Below, one piece after another: positions 44,552 to 54,494 of a stretch of DNA of 58,610 nt. The notes under the pieces were generated by a model. It saw only the letters and a list, made by a program, of their open reading frames with translations, searched no databases and was not told the DNA's origin. The position numbers and the translations under genes were made by a program. The DNA is from a virus (lineage: Duplodnaviria > Caudoviricetes), in the IMG/VR virus record IMGVR_UViG_3300049910_000050, positions 1 through 58,610 of that record. One strand, written 5' to 3'. Within the stretch, counting starts at the first letter, position 1. Each line of letters begins with the position of its first letter.

Positions 44552-46884
44552 ACGATCTCCTCGATGTGCTCAGTGTGCACCACGCCGTTGACCCCAGCAA
44601 GCGCCAGCCGGCGTTCCAGATCAGCGATGCGGGCGTCGGTTGTCTGTACGTACTGCTTCATGGCCTCCCACAACACCGCGCCGACTCGGCTGTAGTCCAT
44701 GTACTCAGCGTTGCCTTCGACGTCCGTGCCCACAAGCTCCGGTACGCGCTCCAGCCAGTCGTCGGCCACGAAGCCGATGCTGGGCGTGGTCAGCGGGATC
44801 GAGGCGTCCTTCTCATCGGTGTACAGGATATCGTCGGGGGCCAGCCGGGCATTGACGTTGTCGTACAGCACGCCGTGGAGCAAGTCGTCGCGCAGCAGAT
44901 CGAGTGCACCCGGAATCGCGCGCACGTTGCGCTTGTGCCGCCTGGTACTCCACGTGCCCCAGCTTTGTGCCAGCGCCTGACCCCGGGCGTCACCGATATT
45001 GGGCGCGACGAAGCAGTTGGAGTTGCCCTGCTGGTCGGCCCAGTCGCGCATCGAGTGGTAGCCGCGCTGCGCCGAGCACGAGACGTTGCCACCGGAGCCG
45101 CCGCCGCCCCCGAAGTTGTTGGGCATGCTGACGTTCCAGTTCATGCTGACCAGCGATCCGTTGGCGTACAGGATGCCCAGCGTCTGGAAGTTGTTCTGAC
45201 ACTGGATGTACGAACCGTTCCACACGAAGCCGATGCCGCCGTTGGCAGCCATCATCAGCGAGGTGCCACTGATAATCAGGTTGCCGCCCAGCGAGTTGGA
45301 CCACCCGCTGTCGTAGTTGTTCGAGATCAACCGGCCCACGGCAAGGACGTAACCGGCCGCCTGGATGTTTCCGGCGCTACGAAACGACTGGGAGGCAACC
45401 TGCCAGACTCCATCCCAGGAGAAGTTGATCGCTGAGTTGCCGTTGAACCCCACCCAGCCCCACGACAGGACGTTCATGTTGACGACTTGCAGTACGGCCC
45501 CGTTGGTGTTCAGGTAATACGACCCGCCGCTCGCGCCGAAGCGGAACGTTGAAGCCCATACCGAGTTGTTCGGGGCGCTGGTTGGTCCGGCGTAGATGTT
45601 GGTGAGGCAGACAACGTTGCCGCTCACGTTGGCGTCTCCGGTGACTGACAGCGTGCCGCCCGAGGTGAGCGCCATGAGTTGCACCGTGTTGCCCTGGTTG
45701 ACCCAGCGAAAGCCACCGGCCATCGCGTCCCAGTGCAACTGCTCGCCGCCAAAGGTCAGGTAGTTATGCACCGCGCCGCCTGAGTCAAGCGCTTGAATCG
45801 CACCCGCGTTAGCCAGAATCGCATGTCCGGTCGCTACGTTCGCGGCATAGACGAAGTTGGGTCGTCCTACCGTCCAACTCGTGCCAATGTTGTAGGTATC
45901 GGTTGTCGAGGCGATGAAGTTACCGGCCGTGCTGATGCACCAGAAGATCGAGCCGCCCGAGCCCAGGCACATCTGGGTGGCGCTGGGCGAGGTGAACTGC
46001 GCCGCTGTGACCGTGCCCGTGGCGCTGATGTTGGCCGGCTCGAAACCAGCGGGGCCGATGTTGTACGTGCCGTTCGGGGAGAACGTCAAATCCTGGGTGA
46101 GCGGCAGCCCCAGCCCGCCGCCGCCCGCCGCTGGGGCCCAGTGCAGGTCGAAGTCGGTCGCGCTGTTCTTGGTCAGCACGTCGCCCACCGCACCCCCAGC
46201 CGGGACCGCGCCGTTGCCCAGGAACGTGCCGCTGGTCGAGACGTTGCCCGTCGCGGCCACCGTGGTGGCAAACGTCGCCGCGCCGGTGACGCCCAGCGTG
46301 CCGCCCAGCGTGGTCGCGCCGGTCACCCCCAGCGTGCCCGCTACCGTCGCGTTGCCCTGCGCGGCTAGCGTGAAGGTCGGACCCACCGTCAACTGGTTGG
46401 CCACCGGTGAGACACCCACACCCACACCGCTGTTGAAGGTGCCCAGCCCGCTGACCAGTAGCGTCGTGCCGACGTTGACGTTGGCTGCCGAGGAGAAGCC
46501 GACGCCCATCGTCGCGACGCCCCCCGCGCCAACCTGCAGCACCTGGGTGCCGTTGGCCGAGAAGCCCATGACGTTGTTGCCCTGCCGGAACATGCCCATG
46601 CCGGGCTGGCTGGTGAAGCTGTAGCTGGGCGCGGCAGCCGTGCCGTCTGGGCCAAGCAGCGGCCAACTCAGCGCCGAGACGTGCGCGTCCACGTACTGCT
46701 TCGTGGCAGCTTCCATCGTGGCCTGCGGGTCGCGGCTCAGGATCACCGGTTGGGTCAGGTTCGAGCCGCCCGCGAAGGTGACGACCTGATCGGTCATCAC
46801 CCCGGTGAACAGGTCCACGAACTGGCGGATGTCCGCCGAGCGCGCCTGCAGCGTCGGTTGGAAGCGTGTTGCGTCAAGCGGCAC
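44548..46884 (-). CDS. Tail fibre/spike with C-terminal Peptidase S74 intramolecular chaperone
   Basis: Beta-repeat body; WSTRRHKRNV (S...K dyad), GFVADD-VPELV, DYSRVGAVLWEAMK, coiled-coil end. Confidence 0.88.
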   Translation of the reverse strand: MPLDATRFQPTLQARSADIRQFVDLFTGVMTDQVVTFAGGSNLTQPVILSRDPQATMEAATKQYVDAHVSALSWPLLGPDGTAAAPSYSFTSQPGMGMFRQGNNVMGFSANGTQVLQVGAGGVATMGVGFSSAANVNVGTTLLVSGLGTFNSGVGVGVSPVANQLTVGPTFTLAAQGNATVAGTLGVTGATTLGGTLGVTGAATFATTVAATGNVSTSGTFLGNGAVPAGGAVGDVLTKNSATDFDLHWAPAAGGGGLGLPLTQDLTFSPNGTYNIGPAGFEPANISATGTVTAAQFTSPSATQMCLGSGGSIFWCISTAGNFIASTTDTYNIGTSWTVGRPNFVYAANVATGHAILANAGAIQALDSGGAVHNYLTFGGEQLHWDAMAGGFRWVNQGNTVQLMALTSGGTLSVTGDANVSGNVVCLTNIYAGPTSAPNNSVWASTFRFGASGGSYYLNTNGAVLQVVNMNVLSWGWVGFNGNSAINFSWDGVWQVASQSFRSAGNIQAAGYVLAVGRLISNNYDSGWSNSLGGNLIISGTSLMMAANGGIGFVWNGSYIQCQNNFQTLGILYANGSLVSMNWNVSMPNNFGGGGGSGGNVSCSAQRGYHSMRDWADQQGNSNCFVAPNIGDARGQALAQSWGTWSTRRHKRNVRAIPGALDLLRDDLLHGVLYDNVNARLAPDDILYTDEKDASIPLTTPSIGFVADDWLERVPELVGTDVEGNAEYMDYSRVGAVLWEAMKQYVQTTDARIADLERRLALAGVNGVVHTEHIEEIV

Positions 46885-47636
46885 TAGAGTCCCAGCCTCC
46901 GTTGGATTGCGAGGATCGCGCCCTCAATATCCGGCACCTGGCCGATGCCCACCTTTCCGTTCTGCATCCTGATCCTACCCGCTGTGCCTGGCGTGAGCGT
47001 GTCCGCGTCGAAGTCCAGCGTCAGCATCTTGGAGGGCCAACCCTGCGCGGGGTCGGTGTCCCAGAAGCGCACGTTGAACTGCAGCCAGTTGCTGGCCCAG
47101 CACAGCAGGCTGAGCGCCGACGACGAGCCCGCCCGGGGCAGATCGGGAGCCCGCACCACAAGCTCCGCCTGGGCACTGGTCAGCCCTGCTTGCCACGGGT
47201 CCACGTTGCCGATCACCAGGCTATTGGGCATCGTGATCGTCCCGGGATGCAGATCGCGCAAGTAGGTCGAGAAGAACTGGTCCCACGGCAGGTTGCCCTG
47301 GATCGTACCGCTTACCGACAGGTCCCCGATCACCTCCAGGCGTGGCCCGACGCGCAGGCCCCCCGCCGGTGAGGGCGCGAACACCAGGCCGCTCCACACG
47401 AAGCCGCCTGGCCCAACGCTGAAGCCGGGTGTGGCGTCCGAGGGCGTGGCGTACAGGTCGATGCCGCCGTAGACCCGCAACGCCGTTGCGGGTGTGCCCT
47501 GCCAGCCGCCCACGCTGAGCACATTCGCCAGCGTCACCGGCTGGTCCTTCGTGGCTCCCGTGAGCAGGGAGTACAACTGCGACATGGCAGTCGCGATGCC
47601 CCCCTGGGGCATGAACAGCGTGGCGTCGAGCGGCAT
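46884..47636 (-). CDS. Short fibre/adaptor paralogue
   Basis: N-terminus MPLDAT.F.P...L.TG...DQ.VT.A shared with 44548..46884. Confidence 0.75.
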   Translation of the reverse strand: MPLDATLFMPQGGIATAMSQLYSLLTGATKDQPVTLANVLSVGGWQGTPATALRVYGGIDLYATPSDATPGFSVGPGGFVWSGLVFAPSPAGGLRVGPRLEVIGDLSVSGTIQGNLPWDQFFSTYLRDLHPGTITMPNSLVIGNVDPWQAGLTSAQAELVVRAPDLPRAGSSSALSLLCWASNWLQFNVRFWDTDPAQGWPSKMLTLDFDADTLTPGTAGRIRMQNGKVGIGQVPDIEGAILAIQRRLGL

Positions 47637-47637
47637 C

Positions 47638-49845
47638 TCAGACCCCTACCGGCAGCGCGTCGTTGACCGACGCGGGATTGCCGTCGAGCACAAGCATCGT
47701 GGGCGACGGTCGGTGATCCGTGTAGAACTCCAGCAGCGTGAAGTCTACGACCCACTCGGGCGTCTTGTCGGGCTCCCGGAGCGCTTGCTGCTGCTGCATC
47801 TTGATGATGCGCACAAGGTAGTGATCGTTCCAGGGGTCCGTGTAGGGTATTGGAAAGCCTCGCCGGCGTCGGAACCAGAAGGCGTTGACCAGCATATAGG
47901 GATTCTGCAGGTCGTCTGCCAGCGTGGTGAACGAGTCAGCCGGCATTCTAACCTGAAGTACGAAGAGTCGATAGACCTTCGTGTTCAGCGCTACGCGCAG
48001 GCTGAAGCCCCACAACTGGGGGGACTGTGTTGGATCGTCGGTGTAAAACCAGATGCGCAGCGAGATGCGTTTGGCGACGTTCTGCAGCGGAAAGTCAACT
48101 TCTCCCCCGGGGCTTACGTTTACGGGGTTGAAGTTCAGATCGGTATAGCCACCGATGCCATCCTCAATGTACTGCACCCGGTGGTAGCGATGACCGGGGG
48201 ACAGGTTGTCGGAGATGACGCGCACCGTGAACCCGATCTTGTCCTCATCGGGGAACCCCAGGTCGATGTCGGGGATGTCTATGTACCCTTGCAACTGGTA
48301 CCGGCAGGCGGGGTCATCGACCTCGCTATCGCCATCGAGCGGTAGCAGGATGTTGGCCACCTGATTGCCCGCCGAGAAGAACAGCAGCGGGTGGGAGCCG
48401 AAGATGGTCGAGGTCGCCATGGCTCGCACATCGGTTGACTGGTTGTTTGCATCGCCCGGGGGATCGAGGTCAAGGTACGTGTGCGGCGCACCGGTCGTCT
48501 GGTCGTTACGATAAATCCATGTGTGTCCCGGTCCGTTCTGCACAGCGTAATACAGCCACCTGGCCGTGCCCTGGATGGCCGTCACCAGACCCCTGGCGTG
48601 GGGTGGCCTGCGGTAGCCAATGGCCCACGGTGAGATGTTGGTGGCCGTCCCCGAGAACTGATCCGCCGGCGCGTACTCCCACAGCGCGTGCTCGCGCGGG
48701 AACACCAGCGTCAGGCTGCCGCGCTGCTGATCCGCGCCGCTCGCCAGCAGCCACTTCATCGGCAGACAGTTGGTGTTGAAGTTCGAGTCGAACGGGATCA
48801 GGCTGTGGTACACGCCTCCGGCGAAGGTGCCTGGCGGGGTGCCGGTCGGGAAGTTCTGCGGCTGGCCCAGGTCGACCATGCCAAGCTCATTCGTCTTGCC
48901 GACGTAGACCGCCACCAGCCCGCCACCCGGAGCCAGCGAGTTGATGCGCGTATCTCCCGTGTCGACGCCCATCGCGATGCCCGTCTGCAGCCCCACGAAG
49001 TCCGGGTTCCACGTCATCGAGAAGTCGTGGTCGGGGAAGATCGAGCTTGTGATGTAGTGCCAGTCGGTGTTCTGCGAGCCCCCCGCCAGCACCACCTCGG
49101 CCTTGTCGGCGGTCGCGGCCCACACGTACATCGGCACGGGCGCGTCGATCACCGCCTCGGGGATGGTGGCAGGCGGCGGGGTCGGGTTGGTGACCTGAGT
49201 GATGTGCGCCGCGTTCTGCATGATTTGCGTCTGCGCGCCGGTCTCAAGGTTGTAGCCAACCGCCAGGCGCTGCATCCCGAAGCCCAGGATCAGCACATTC
49301 TTGTAGACGGTGATCGCGCCCTCCAGCGCGGTGCCGTTGGGGATCACCACCCGCTGCTGCCAGTTGTTGGTGCCCTGCCGCTGCCACACCCCGGTTTGGT
49401 TGTCGACCGGGCCCACGGCGATGAACTGGTGGTCGATGGAGCCGCCGCTGGATGTCAGCCACGCCTCGCCTAGCCACACGCAGGCCCCCGTGCAGCCGGG
49501 CAGACTCTCGTACAGAATCTCCGGACTCAGCACGGCGGGGGCGAAGCAACAGTTGACGTTGGACGATTCCTTGTACAGCGTGGCAACCTTGGTGGGGTCG
49601 TCGCCCGCGTCGGAGTATCTGCGCAGACCTGATCCTCCGGTAAAGGCGGCGACCGCGTGCGCGCTCTCGTACGGGTTGAAGTCCGCGTACTTCAGGGTTC
49701 CCTGTGAAACCTTTTCCCCGAAGCGGTCGGCCTCCTCGATGGAATACTTCCCGGGCACAAGCTGCATCGGGAACGAGTCCAGTATGATCTGGTCCGGCTG
49801 GCCCGGCGTGGGGAAGAACTTGCCGAACGGGGGCGGGAGGGTCAT
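47638..49845 (-). CDS. Putative podovirus tail nozzle/stabilisation protein
   Basis: 735 aa, beta-rich, between adaptor and fibres. Confidence 0.65.
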   Translation of the reverse strand: MTLPPPFGKFFPTPGQPDQIILDSFPMQLVPGKYSIEEADRFGEKVSQGTLKYADFNPYESAHAVAAFTGGSGLRRYSDAGDDPTKVATLYKESSNVNCCFAPAVLSPEILYESLPGCTGACVWLGEAWLTSSGGSIDHQFIAVGPVDNQTGVWQRQGTNNWQQRVVIPNGTALEGAITVYKNVLILGFGMQRLAVGYNLETGAQTQIMQNAAHITQVTNPTPPPATIPEAVIDAPVPMYVWAATADKAEVVLAGGSQNTDWHYITSSIFPDHDFSMTWNPDFVGLQTGIAMGVDTGDTRINSLAPGGGLVAVYVGKTNELGMVDLGQPQNFPTGTPPGTFAGGVYHSLIPFDSNFNTNCLPMKWLLASGADQQRGSLTLVFPREHALWEYAPADQFSGTATNISPWAIGYRRPPHARGLVTAIQGTARWLYYAVQNGPGHTWIYRNDQTTGAPHTYLDLDPPGDANNQSTDVRAMATSTIFGSHPLLFFSAGNQVANILLPLDGDSEVDDPACRYQLQGYIDIPDIDLGFPDEDKIGFTVRVISDNLSPGHRYHRVQYIEDGIGGYTDLNFNPVNVSPGGEVDFPLQNVAKRISLRIWFYTDDPTQSPQLWGFSLRVALNTKVYRLFVLQVRMPADSFTTLADDLQNPYMLVNAFWFRRRRGFPIPYTDPWNDHYLVRIIKMQQQQALREPDKTPEWVVDFTLLEFYTDHRPSPTMLVLDGNPASVNDALPVGV

Positions 49846-50801
49846 CCGCCTCGGATGAAGCTCGCGCTCCGGAACGCGCCCAGGTAGCGCCAGTCCTCGG
49901 GGCTCGGGAACGCCATCGCATCACCATGCCCGGGGGTAACGATCCGACCCGGAAGATGCGATGGCGCGGCGTTCAGGATATCGTTCTTCTGCCGCTCCAG
50001 TCGATCCAGCGCCTGCTGCCTGATCTTCTCCGCCTCACCGGTCGGGATGCGGTTGGAGAACTGGTCGTTCAGCCTGAACTCCGCCCAGTCCCATATCCAC
50101 TCCAGCGCGCCGCCCTCCCACTTGCCAGCGATGGCCAGCACGTCGAGGTCGTTGTGCAGCGCGGGGTAGAAGCCCTCCCCGAAGATGCGCAGCTTGCGGT
50201 CGATGGGCGGCAGGATGCCAAACTCGATCAGCCAGTGCTCCATGCCCAGCGCGTCGACAAAGCGCCGGGGTCGCCAGTTCAGGTACTCGGCGTCCGCGTA
50301 CGGGTAGCCGATCTGCGTCTCGGCCAGGTTGATCTGGATTTCGATGCGGTAGATGTTGGCCCAGTTGGCCAGCGAGGTGACGTCGTACTGCCAGGTCGCC
50401 TGCTCGGTGACGATGCTCTCGTCCACGATCTGCCGGTACCACGTCAGCCCGAGTTGCGACACAGCGCTGTTGATCGCCGCGATTTTCCTGGCGTGCGGGA
50501 AGCGCATGTGAAGCTCGTAGTCGCCGCTGGTGATCGGCGCGGGGAAGCCGGTGTAAAGCTGCAGCGAGGAGGTGCCGTCCCAGTTCATCGCGCGCCGCTC
50601 CAGGCCCCGGTTGGCCGCGTCGGGCGAGTTCGCGTTGCAGTACACCCAGCCGTTGAACTGCTGCAGCGGGATGGGGAAATACTGGATCAGCGAGGCGTCG
50701 ACCAGCGTGTTGGTGCCGCCCGCCGAGGTGGGGTCGGCCAGCACGAAGTCGCCCATCCGCTCGCCAAGCTCGCGGACCAGGCTAAGCGCTGTCTGGGCCA
50801 C
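49842..50801 (-). CDS. Putative head-tail adaptor protein
   Basis: 319 aa after the capsid cluster; helical ends around a beta core. Confidence 0.6.
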   Translation of the reverse strand: MAQTALSLVRELGERMGDFVLADPTSAGGTNTLVDASLIQYFPIPLQQFNGWVYCNANSPDAANRGLERRAMNWDGTSSLQLYTGFPAPITSGDYELHMRFPHARKIAAINSAVSQLGLTWYRQIVDESIVTEQATWQYDVTSLANWANIYRIEIQINLAETQIGYPYADAEYLNWRPRRFVDALGMEHWLIEFGILPPIDRKLRIFGEGFYPALHNDLDVLAIAGKWEGGALEWIWDWAEFRLNDQFSNRIPTGEAEKIRQQALDRLERQKNDILNAAPSHLPGRIVTPGHGDAMAFPSPEDWRYLGAFRSASFIRGG

Positions 50802-51057
50802 TGTCCTCGTCCGGCAGGTAGACCTGGGCCTTGACGTCCTTCGCGGCTCTGACCCACTGCTCCAGCCAGTTCATGGCGTAGGGCGTGACGAACAGCCGGA
50901 CATCCTTGTTGCGCAGCAGCGCAACCATGTCGCGCCCGTCCTTGACCGTGGCGTGCCCGCCCATGAAGCGCACCGCCCGACCCGGTGAGGACGGCAGCAT
51001 GATGCTGCGGGCGGGCGAGACGTACGCCTCAGCTACGGCCTGGGGGAACGTAATCAC
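50782..51057 (-). CDS. Hypothetical protein
   Basis: 91 aa in head-tail region. Confidence 0.65.
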   Translation of the reverse strand: MITFPQAVAEAYVSPARSIMLPSSPGRAVRFMGGHATVKDGRDMVALLRNKDVRLFVTPYAMNWLEQWVRAAKDVKAQVYLPDEDSGPDSA

Positions 51058-51224
51058 GGGCAGGCAGTTGGCTCGGAGCGGGGGTGAGGGTACGCGGGCC
51101 CCTGCGGCTCAGGTACGCCACCGCTTCGGCACAGGACATGGTAGGCGGGTGGCTGACGCACGGCCAGCGCGTGTGCGAAACGTTCACATCCTGGGTGCTC
51201 AGGCCGATGTGCCCGGGGTACGCG

Positions 51225-51530
51225 TTATGAATGTCCAAAGATGGCCTCGTAGTTGTCCCGATACTGCTCAGAGGGTAGCGAAAAGGATCGCTGTGCGCCT
51301 GCCGTCAGGTTCAGGCTCTTGACCCCGCGCGCCGCGTCCCTGGCCTGACCGGTGCGCGTGGTTCGGGTCCACGTCGCGCCGCAGCCACCTTGCCTCGGGT
51401 CGGCCTGGAAGATGGACCAGTCGTGGACTGACTCCCTGGCACCAGCGGCGAGACCCTCGGAACGGTGTGATGCGTCCACCTCCAGACACCCGTCATGCGG
51501 GCACCGGTCGTAGTAGTCGCCGTCTTTCAC
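51225..51530 (-). CDS. Hypothetical protein
   Basis: GTGA-coupled; ends SEQYRDNYEAIF. Confidence 0.65.
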   Translation of the reverse strand: MKDGDYYDRCPHDGCLEVDASHRSEGLAAGARESVHDWSIFQADPRQGGCGATWTRTTRTGQARDAARGVKSLNLTAGAQRSFSLPSEQYRDNYEAIFGHS

Positions 51531-51691
51531 TTGCCTGTCCTCGTACGGTTGGATGCGCGGCTGCGCATACCGCTGGTCGGAAAGGTCCGACCGGCGGCAC
51601 GCGCCTTCCCCACCGCGCGGGCAGCGGCGCGGGGGTTCATCTTGGCCAGGTCTGCCTGGGCAGCCTTGACGCGGCTTGCTCGCTTGGCCAT
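51527..51691 (-). CDS. Small Arg/Ala-rich basic protein (54 aa)
   Basis: TAATG-coupled to capsid gene. Confidence 0.7.
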   Translation of the reverse strand: MAKRASRVKAAQADLAKMNPRAAARAVGKARAAGRTFPTSGMRSRASNRTRTGK

Positions 51692-52923
51692 TAGCTCTGC
51701 GAACTCCCTACTTCTCCTCGGAAGAGCCACGCGTTCCGGGTACGCGCCCAACCCTCGATGGCGTACCAGCCGAAGGTGAGGAACCGGCCCAGACGGTCGA
51801 AGGGGCCAGTGACAACCGTCTCGCCGTATGGACCGGTCCAGTCGGAGCTAGCCTTCGTGACCGAGTTAGGCCCGAATACAACCACAGGGAATACCGAGTT
51901 GTTGTTGTTGATGACGGTCCCAACCGCGTGTGCGAAACGCAGACCGGCATTGTCGCCAGGACCCGGGTCCAGTGCAAAGCCCGTGACCACGTTGCCGCTA
52001 ACGGAGGTGACCATGAAGAGTTCATTGCTGTCTGACCACGTGTTGCCAGGCTCGGGCGCGTCCTGAATCGCCAGCCAGCTACCAGGCGTCACACCGGTAC
52101 CGAGGGTCAGCGTGATCTGGGTGTCGCCAGGGTTGGCCGCATCGGCCAGCGTGGTGTTGACCACACCGGCGGTCTGCGCCGCGCCCGCGCCCCAGAAGCC
52201 CTTGGCGTTGGCCGAGACGATGATCCGCAGCCCCGCCCAGTAGGCAAGCTCGCCGTTGAACAGCAACTCCGGATGGCTGTAGACGGACATGCCACGCGCG
52301 CCCAGGCCGTTGTTGTTGGCGTCCTGAATCAGGTCGTAGAACACGAACGGGTGGATGCACGTAGCGACAGCACCATCTTCGTACAGCGGCATCTTGGCCG
52401 AACGCGCCACGACCAGCGTGAGCAGTTCGAGGAAGCGGATGTTCAGCGTGTCCTGGGATACCGTCTGGCCGGCGATCTGGTTGCGTGCCGTGTGGCGGTT
52501 GATGAACCACACCCGGGAGCCCTGACCGAACACCGCGCGGGCGATGTAGTCGAAGCTCTCGGCCAGGTTGTAGCCGTTGATGTAGGCCGCTTGCTTGTAC
52601 ACGTCGGCGTACGCGGTGGCGACCAGAAACTTGGTGACCTCGATGCAGTTGCCGTACTCACTGAGCGTGATGATGACCTCGGCACCGCGCATCTGCTGCG
52701 GCGCAACGTCGATCAATTCATCGAGCACCGTGGGGTTTGGCTGCAGGCTTTCAATGATCGGAAAGTTCTGAGAAATACCACGCTGGCCATTCATAATCGG
52801 GCCCTTGAGATCAGCGAACTGATCCCAGTACAGGACCGATTGACCCTGAATGTAAAAGTCAGCGTCGTACATCGCCTTGACTTCCGGGGCGAGCGCTACT
52901 GTGCCAGTTGTACCCTGGGCCAT
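51691..52923 (-). CDS. Major capsid protein, N4-gp56-like, with inserted beta domain
   Basis: QFA, ITLSEYG, IHP...DL, LFNGEL, D-LGR...GW motifs; follows scaffold. Confidence 0.88.
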   Translation of the reverse strand: MAQGTTGTVALAPEVKAMYDADFYIQGQSVLYWDQFADLKGPIMNGQRGISQNFPIIESLQPNPTVLDELIDVAPQQMRGAEVIITLSEYGNCIEVTKFLVATAYADVYKQAAYINGYNLAESFDYIARAVFGQGSRVWFINRHTARNQIAGQTVSQDTLNIRFLELLTLVVARSAKMPLYEDGAVATCIHPFVFYDLIQDANNNGLGARGMSVYSHPELLFNGELAYWAGLRIIVSANAKGFWGAGAAQTAGVVNTTLADAANPGDTQITLTLGTGVTPGSWLAIQDAPEPGNTWSDSNELFMVTSVSGNVVTGFALDPGPGDNAGLRFAHAVGTVINNNNSVFPVVVFGPNSVTKASSDWTGPYGETVVTGPFDRLGRFLTFGWYAIEGWARTRNAWLFRGEVGSSQS

Positions 52924-53010
52924 TTACTTCTTCCTCTTCGGCTTTTTCTTTTTGGGGTACAGCGGTTTGACCTGAACAGCGACGGCTTTCGTCCCGGTGG
53001 TGCCGGTCAT
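52924..53010 (-). CDS. 28-aa basic peptide
   Basis: MTGTTGTKAVAVQVKPLYPKKKKPKRKK; ATGA overlap with scaffold, stop abuts capsid ATG. Confidence 0.65.
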   Translation of the reverse strand: MTGTTGTKAVAVQVKPLYPKKKKPKRKK

Positions 53011-53894
53011 GTGTTCATCGAGTCTCGCAGTTCCTTGAGCTTCTGGACGTTGGCCTTGGGGCCAAGCGAGGAGTTGTAGGTCTGCACCGACGAGCGCACA
53101 TCGTCTCCGGTCGGGGACTTCTTGCGACCGGCGGGCTGGGCACGTGGCGCGGCGGGCGAGTTGACGCCCAGCCTCTCGCGTTCCTCCTGCCGGATGCGGT
53201 CGCGCAGTTGCTCCTGGGTCTCCGCCTTGGGTTTGCTGGGCATGTCGCCTCCGTTGCGGCTCTTGGTCGCCGCCGCTTTCATCACCGACTTGTAGAAGGC
53301 ATCCTCGGAGTTCCACGCATCATCCGGAACCTCGTCCGTGGTGACGAGCACACCGAACTCGTCCTGCGCCTCCTGCTGTATCTCGCGCACCCGGCGCGTC
53401 ATGTAGTCCGCCGGGTCCTCGGCCTGTGTCTGCTGACCAGCGCCCTGCTGCTGTGGCTGCGGCGGCTGGGGAGGCGTGGGCTGCGCCGGTTGCGCCTGCG
53501 GCGCAGCGGTCCGTATCTCACGAATCTCGTCCTGCAGCATTCCTATCTTGCGCTCAAGTCGGTCCTCGGGAGGGAGGCTCGCCAACTCTGCGTCGATCTG
53601 GGCCTGCCGGGCCTGAGCTTGCTGCCGCTGCTGCTCGTTCAGGTGCTCGGACAGTAGCCGGATGTTCGCTTCGAGGTTACCGATCTGTGCCGCCTGCGCA
53701 GACGCTACCGCCTGGGCAGCGTCCGCACGACGTCGAGCATCGGCTAGCTCGCGGCCTTGTTGACTGAGGTGCCGCTGTATTTCGCGCTCACGCTCCGCCG
53801 CTACCGTCTCCGGGCTGGGGGTCTCGGGCGAGGACGGCGCTTGGTCCTCGGGGAGTTGCTGTTCCTCCAGCGCGTTGTCTGCGGTTTCGGTCAT
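53007..53894 (-). CDS. Putative scaffolding protein
   Basis: Acidic N-terminus, coiled coil, upstream of capsid. Confidence 0.7.
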   Translation of the reverse strand: MTETADNALEEQQLPEDQAPSSPETPSPETVAAEREREIQRHLSQQGRELADARRRADAAQAVASAQAAQIGNLEANIRLLSEHLNEQQRQQAQARQAQIDAELASLPPEDRLERKIGMLQDEIREIRTAAPQAQPAQPTPPQPPQPQQQGAGQQTQAEDPADYMTRRVREIQQEAQDEFGVLVTTDEVPDDAWNSEDAFYKSVMKAAATKSRNGGDMPSKPKAETQEQLRDRIRQEERERLGVNSPAAPRAQPAGRKKSPTGDDVRSSVQTYNSSLGPKANVQKLKELRDSMNT

Positions 53895-54082
53895 CAGCCG
53901 TTATGTGTGCCCTGGGCCGTGTCCGGACCAGAGTAGCCGACGTGGTTTGTCAAGCCTTCCTTGGTGCCAATCATCGACTTCGGCACCGGGCCACGGGCAT
54001 ACCCGTCCCGCTTGAAGTCGTAGTTGGTACCGGTCGACTTGCCAGTGACCTTCTGGTGCTTGCTGTTGATGTTGACTGGCAT
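53894..54082 (-). CDS. Small basic protein (62 aa)
   Basis: AGGAG RBS; TGATG-coupled to scaffold. Confidence 0.7.
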   Translation of the reverse strand: MPVNINSKHQKVTGKSTGTNYDFKRDGYARGPVPKSMIGTKEGLTNHVGYSGPDTAQGTHNG

Positions 54083-54142
54083 CAAAGTCTCCTACGGGAG
54101 AAGTGCCGGACGAGTATGGGAGGCTCGTCCGGCGCTACGGAA

Positions 54143-54184
54143 TCAGCGCTTGCGGCGACCACCGCGATGACGACGCTCGTACAT
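54143..54184 (-). CDS. 13-aa protamine-like peptide MYERRHRGGRRKR
   Basis: AGGAGGT RBS 6 nt before ATG; followed by a 10-bp hairpin. Confidence 0.55.
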   Translation of the reverse strand: MYERRHRGGRRKR

Positions 54185-54195
54185 CGGAGTACCTC

Positions 54196-54480
54196 CTACT
54201 TTTTCTTGGTGTTGGAGCGGTAGCGGTTCCCATCCCCGCCACCGGGCTTGAACCCCCGGTTGAACTGTTCGCCCACCCGGGTGTGGGGCGGCGGCTCGGT
54301 CTGGTGCTCACGCCGTTCCGGGCGGAGGTCGACCCCCTCCGCGCCAAAGGGACGGTCCCGCTCGGCGCGCGTGTAGGGCTTCTGCCAGCGGGTGATGGGC
54401 ACCGGGCCGCTGTCGATCTTGACCTGGCCCACGTACTTCTGCGCGGGGCCCGAGAAATCCTTGCCGCTTCCTCTTGCCAT
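54196..54480 (-). CDS. Small basic protein
   Basis: 94 aa, GGAG RBS. Confidence 0.75.
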   Translation of the reverse strand: MARGSGKDFSGPAQKYVGQVKIDSGPVPITRWQKPYTRAERDRPFGAEGVDLRPERREHQTEPPPHTRVGEQFNRGFKPGGGDGNRYRSNTKKK

Positions 54481-54494
54481 GACTTGCTCCGATT

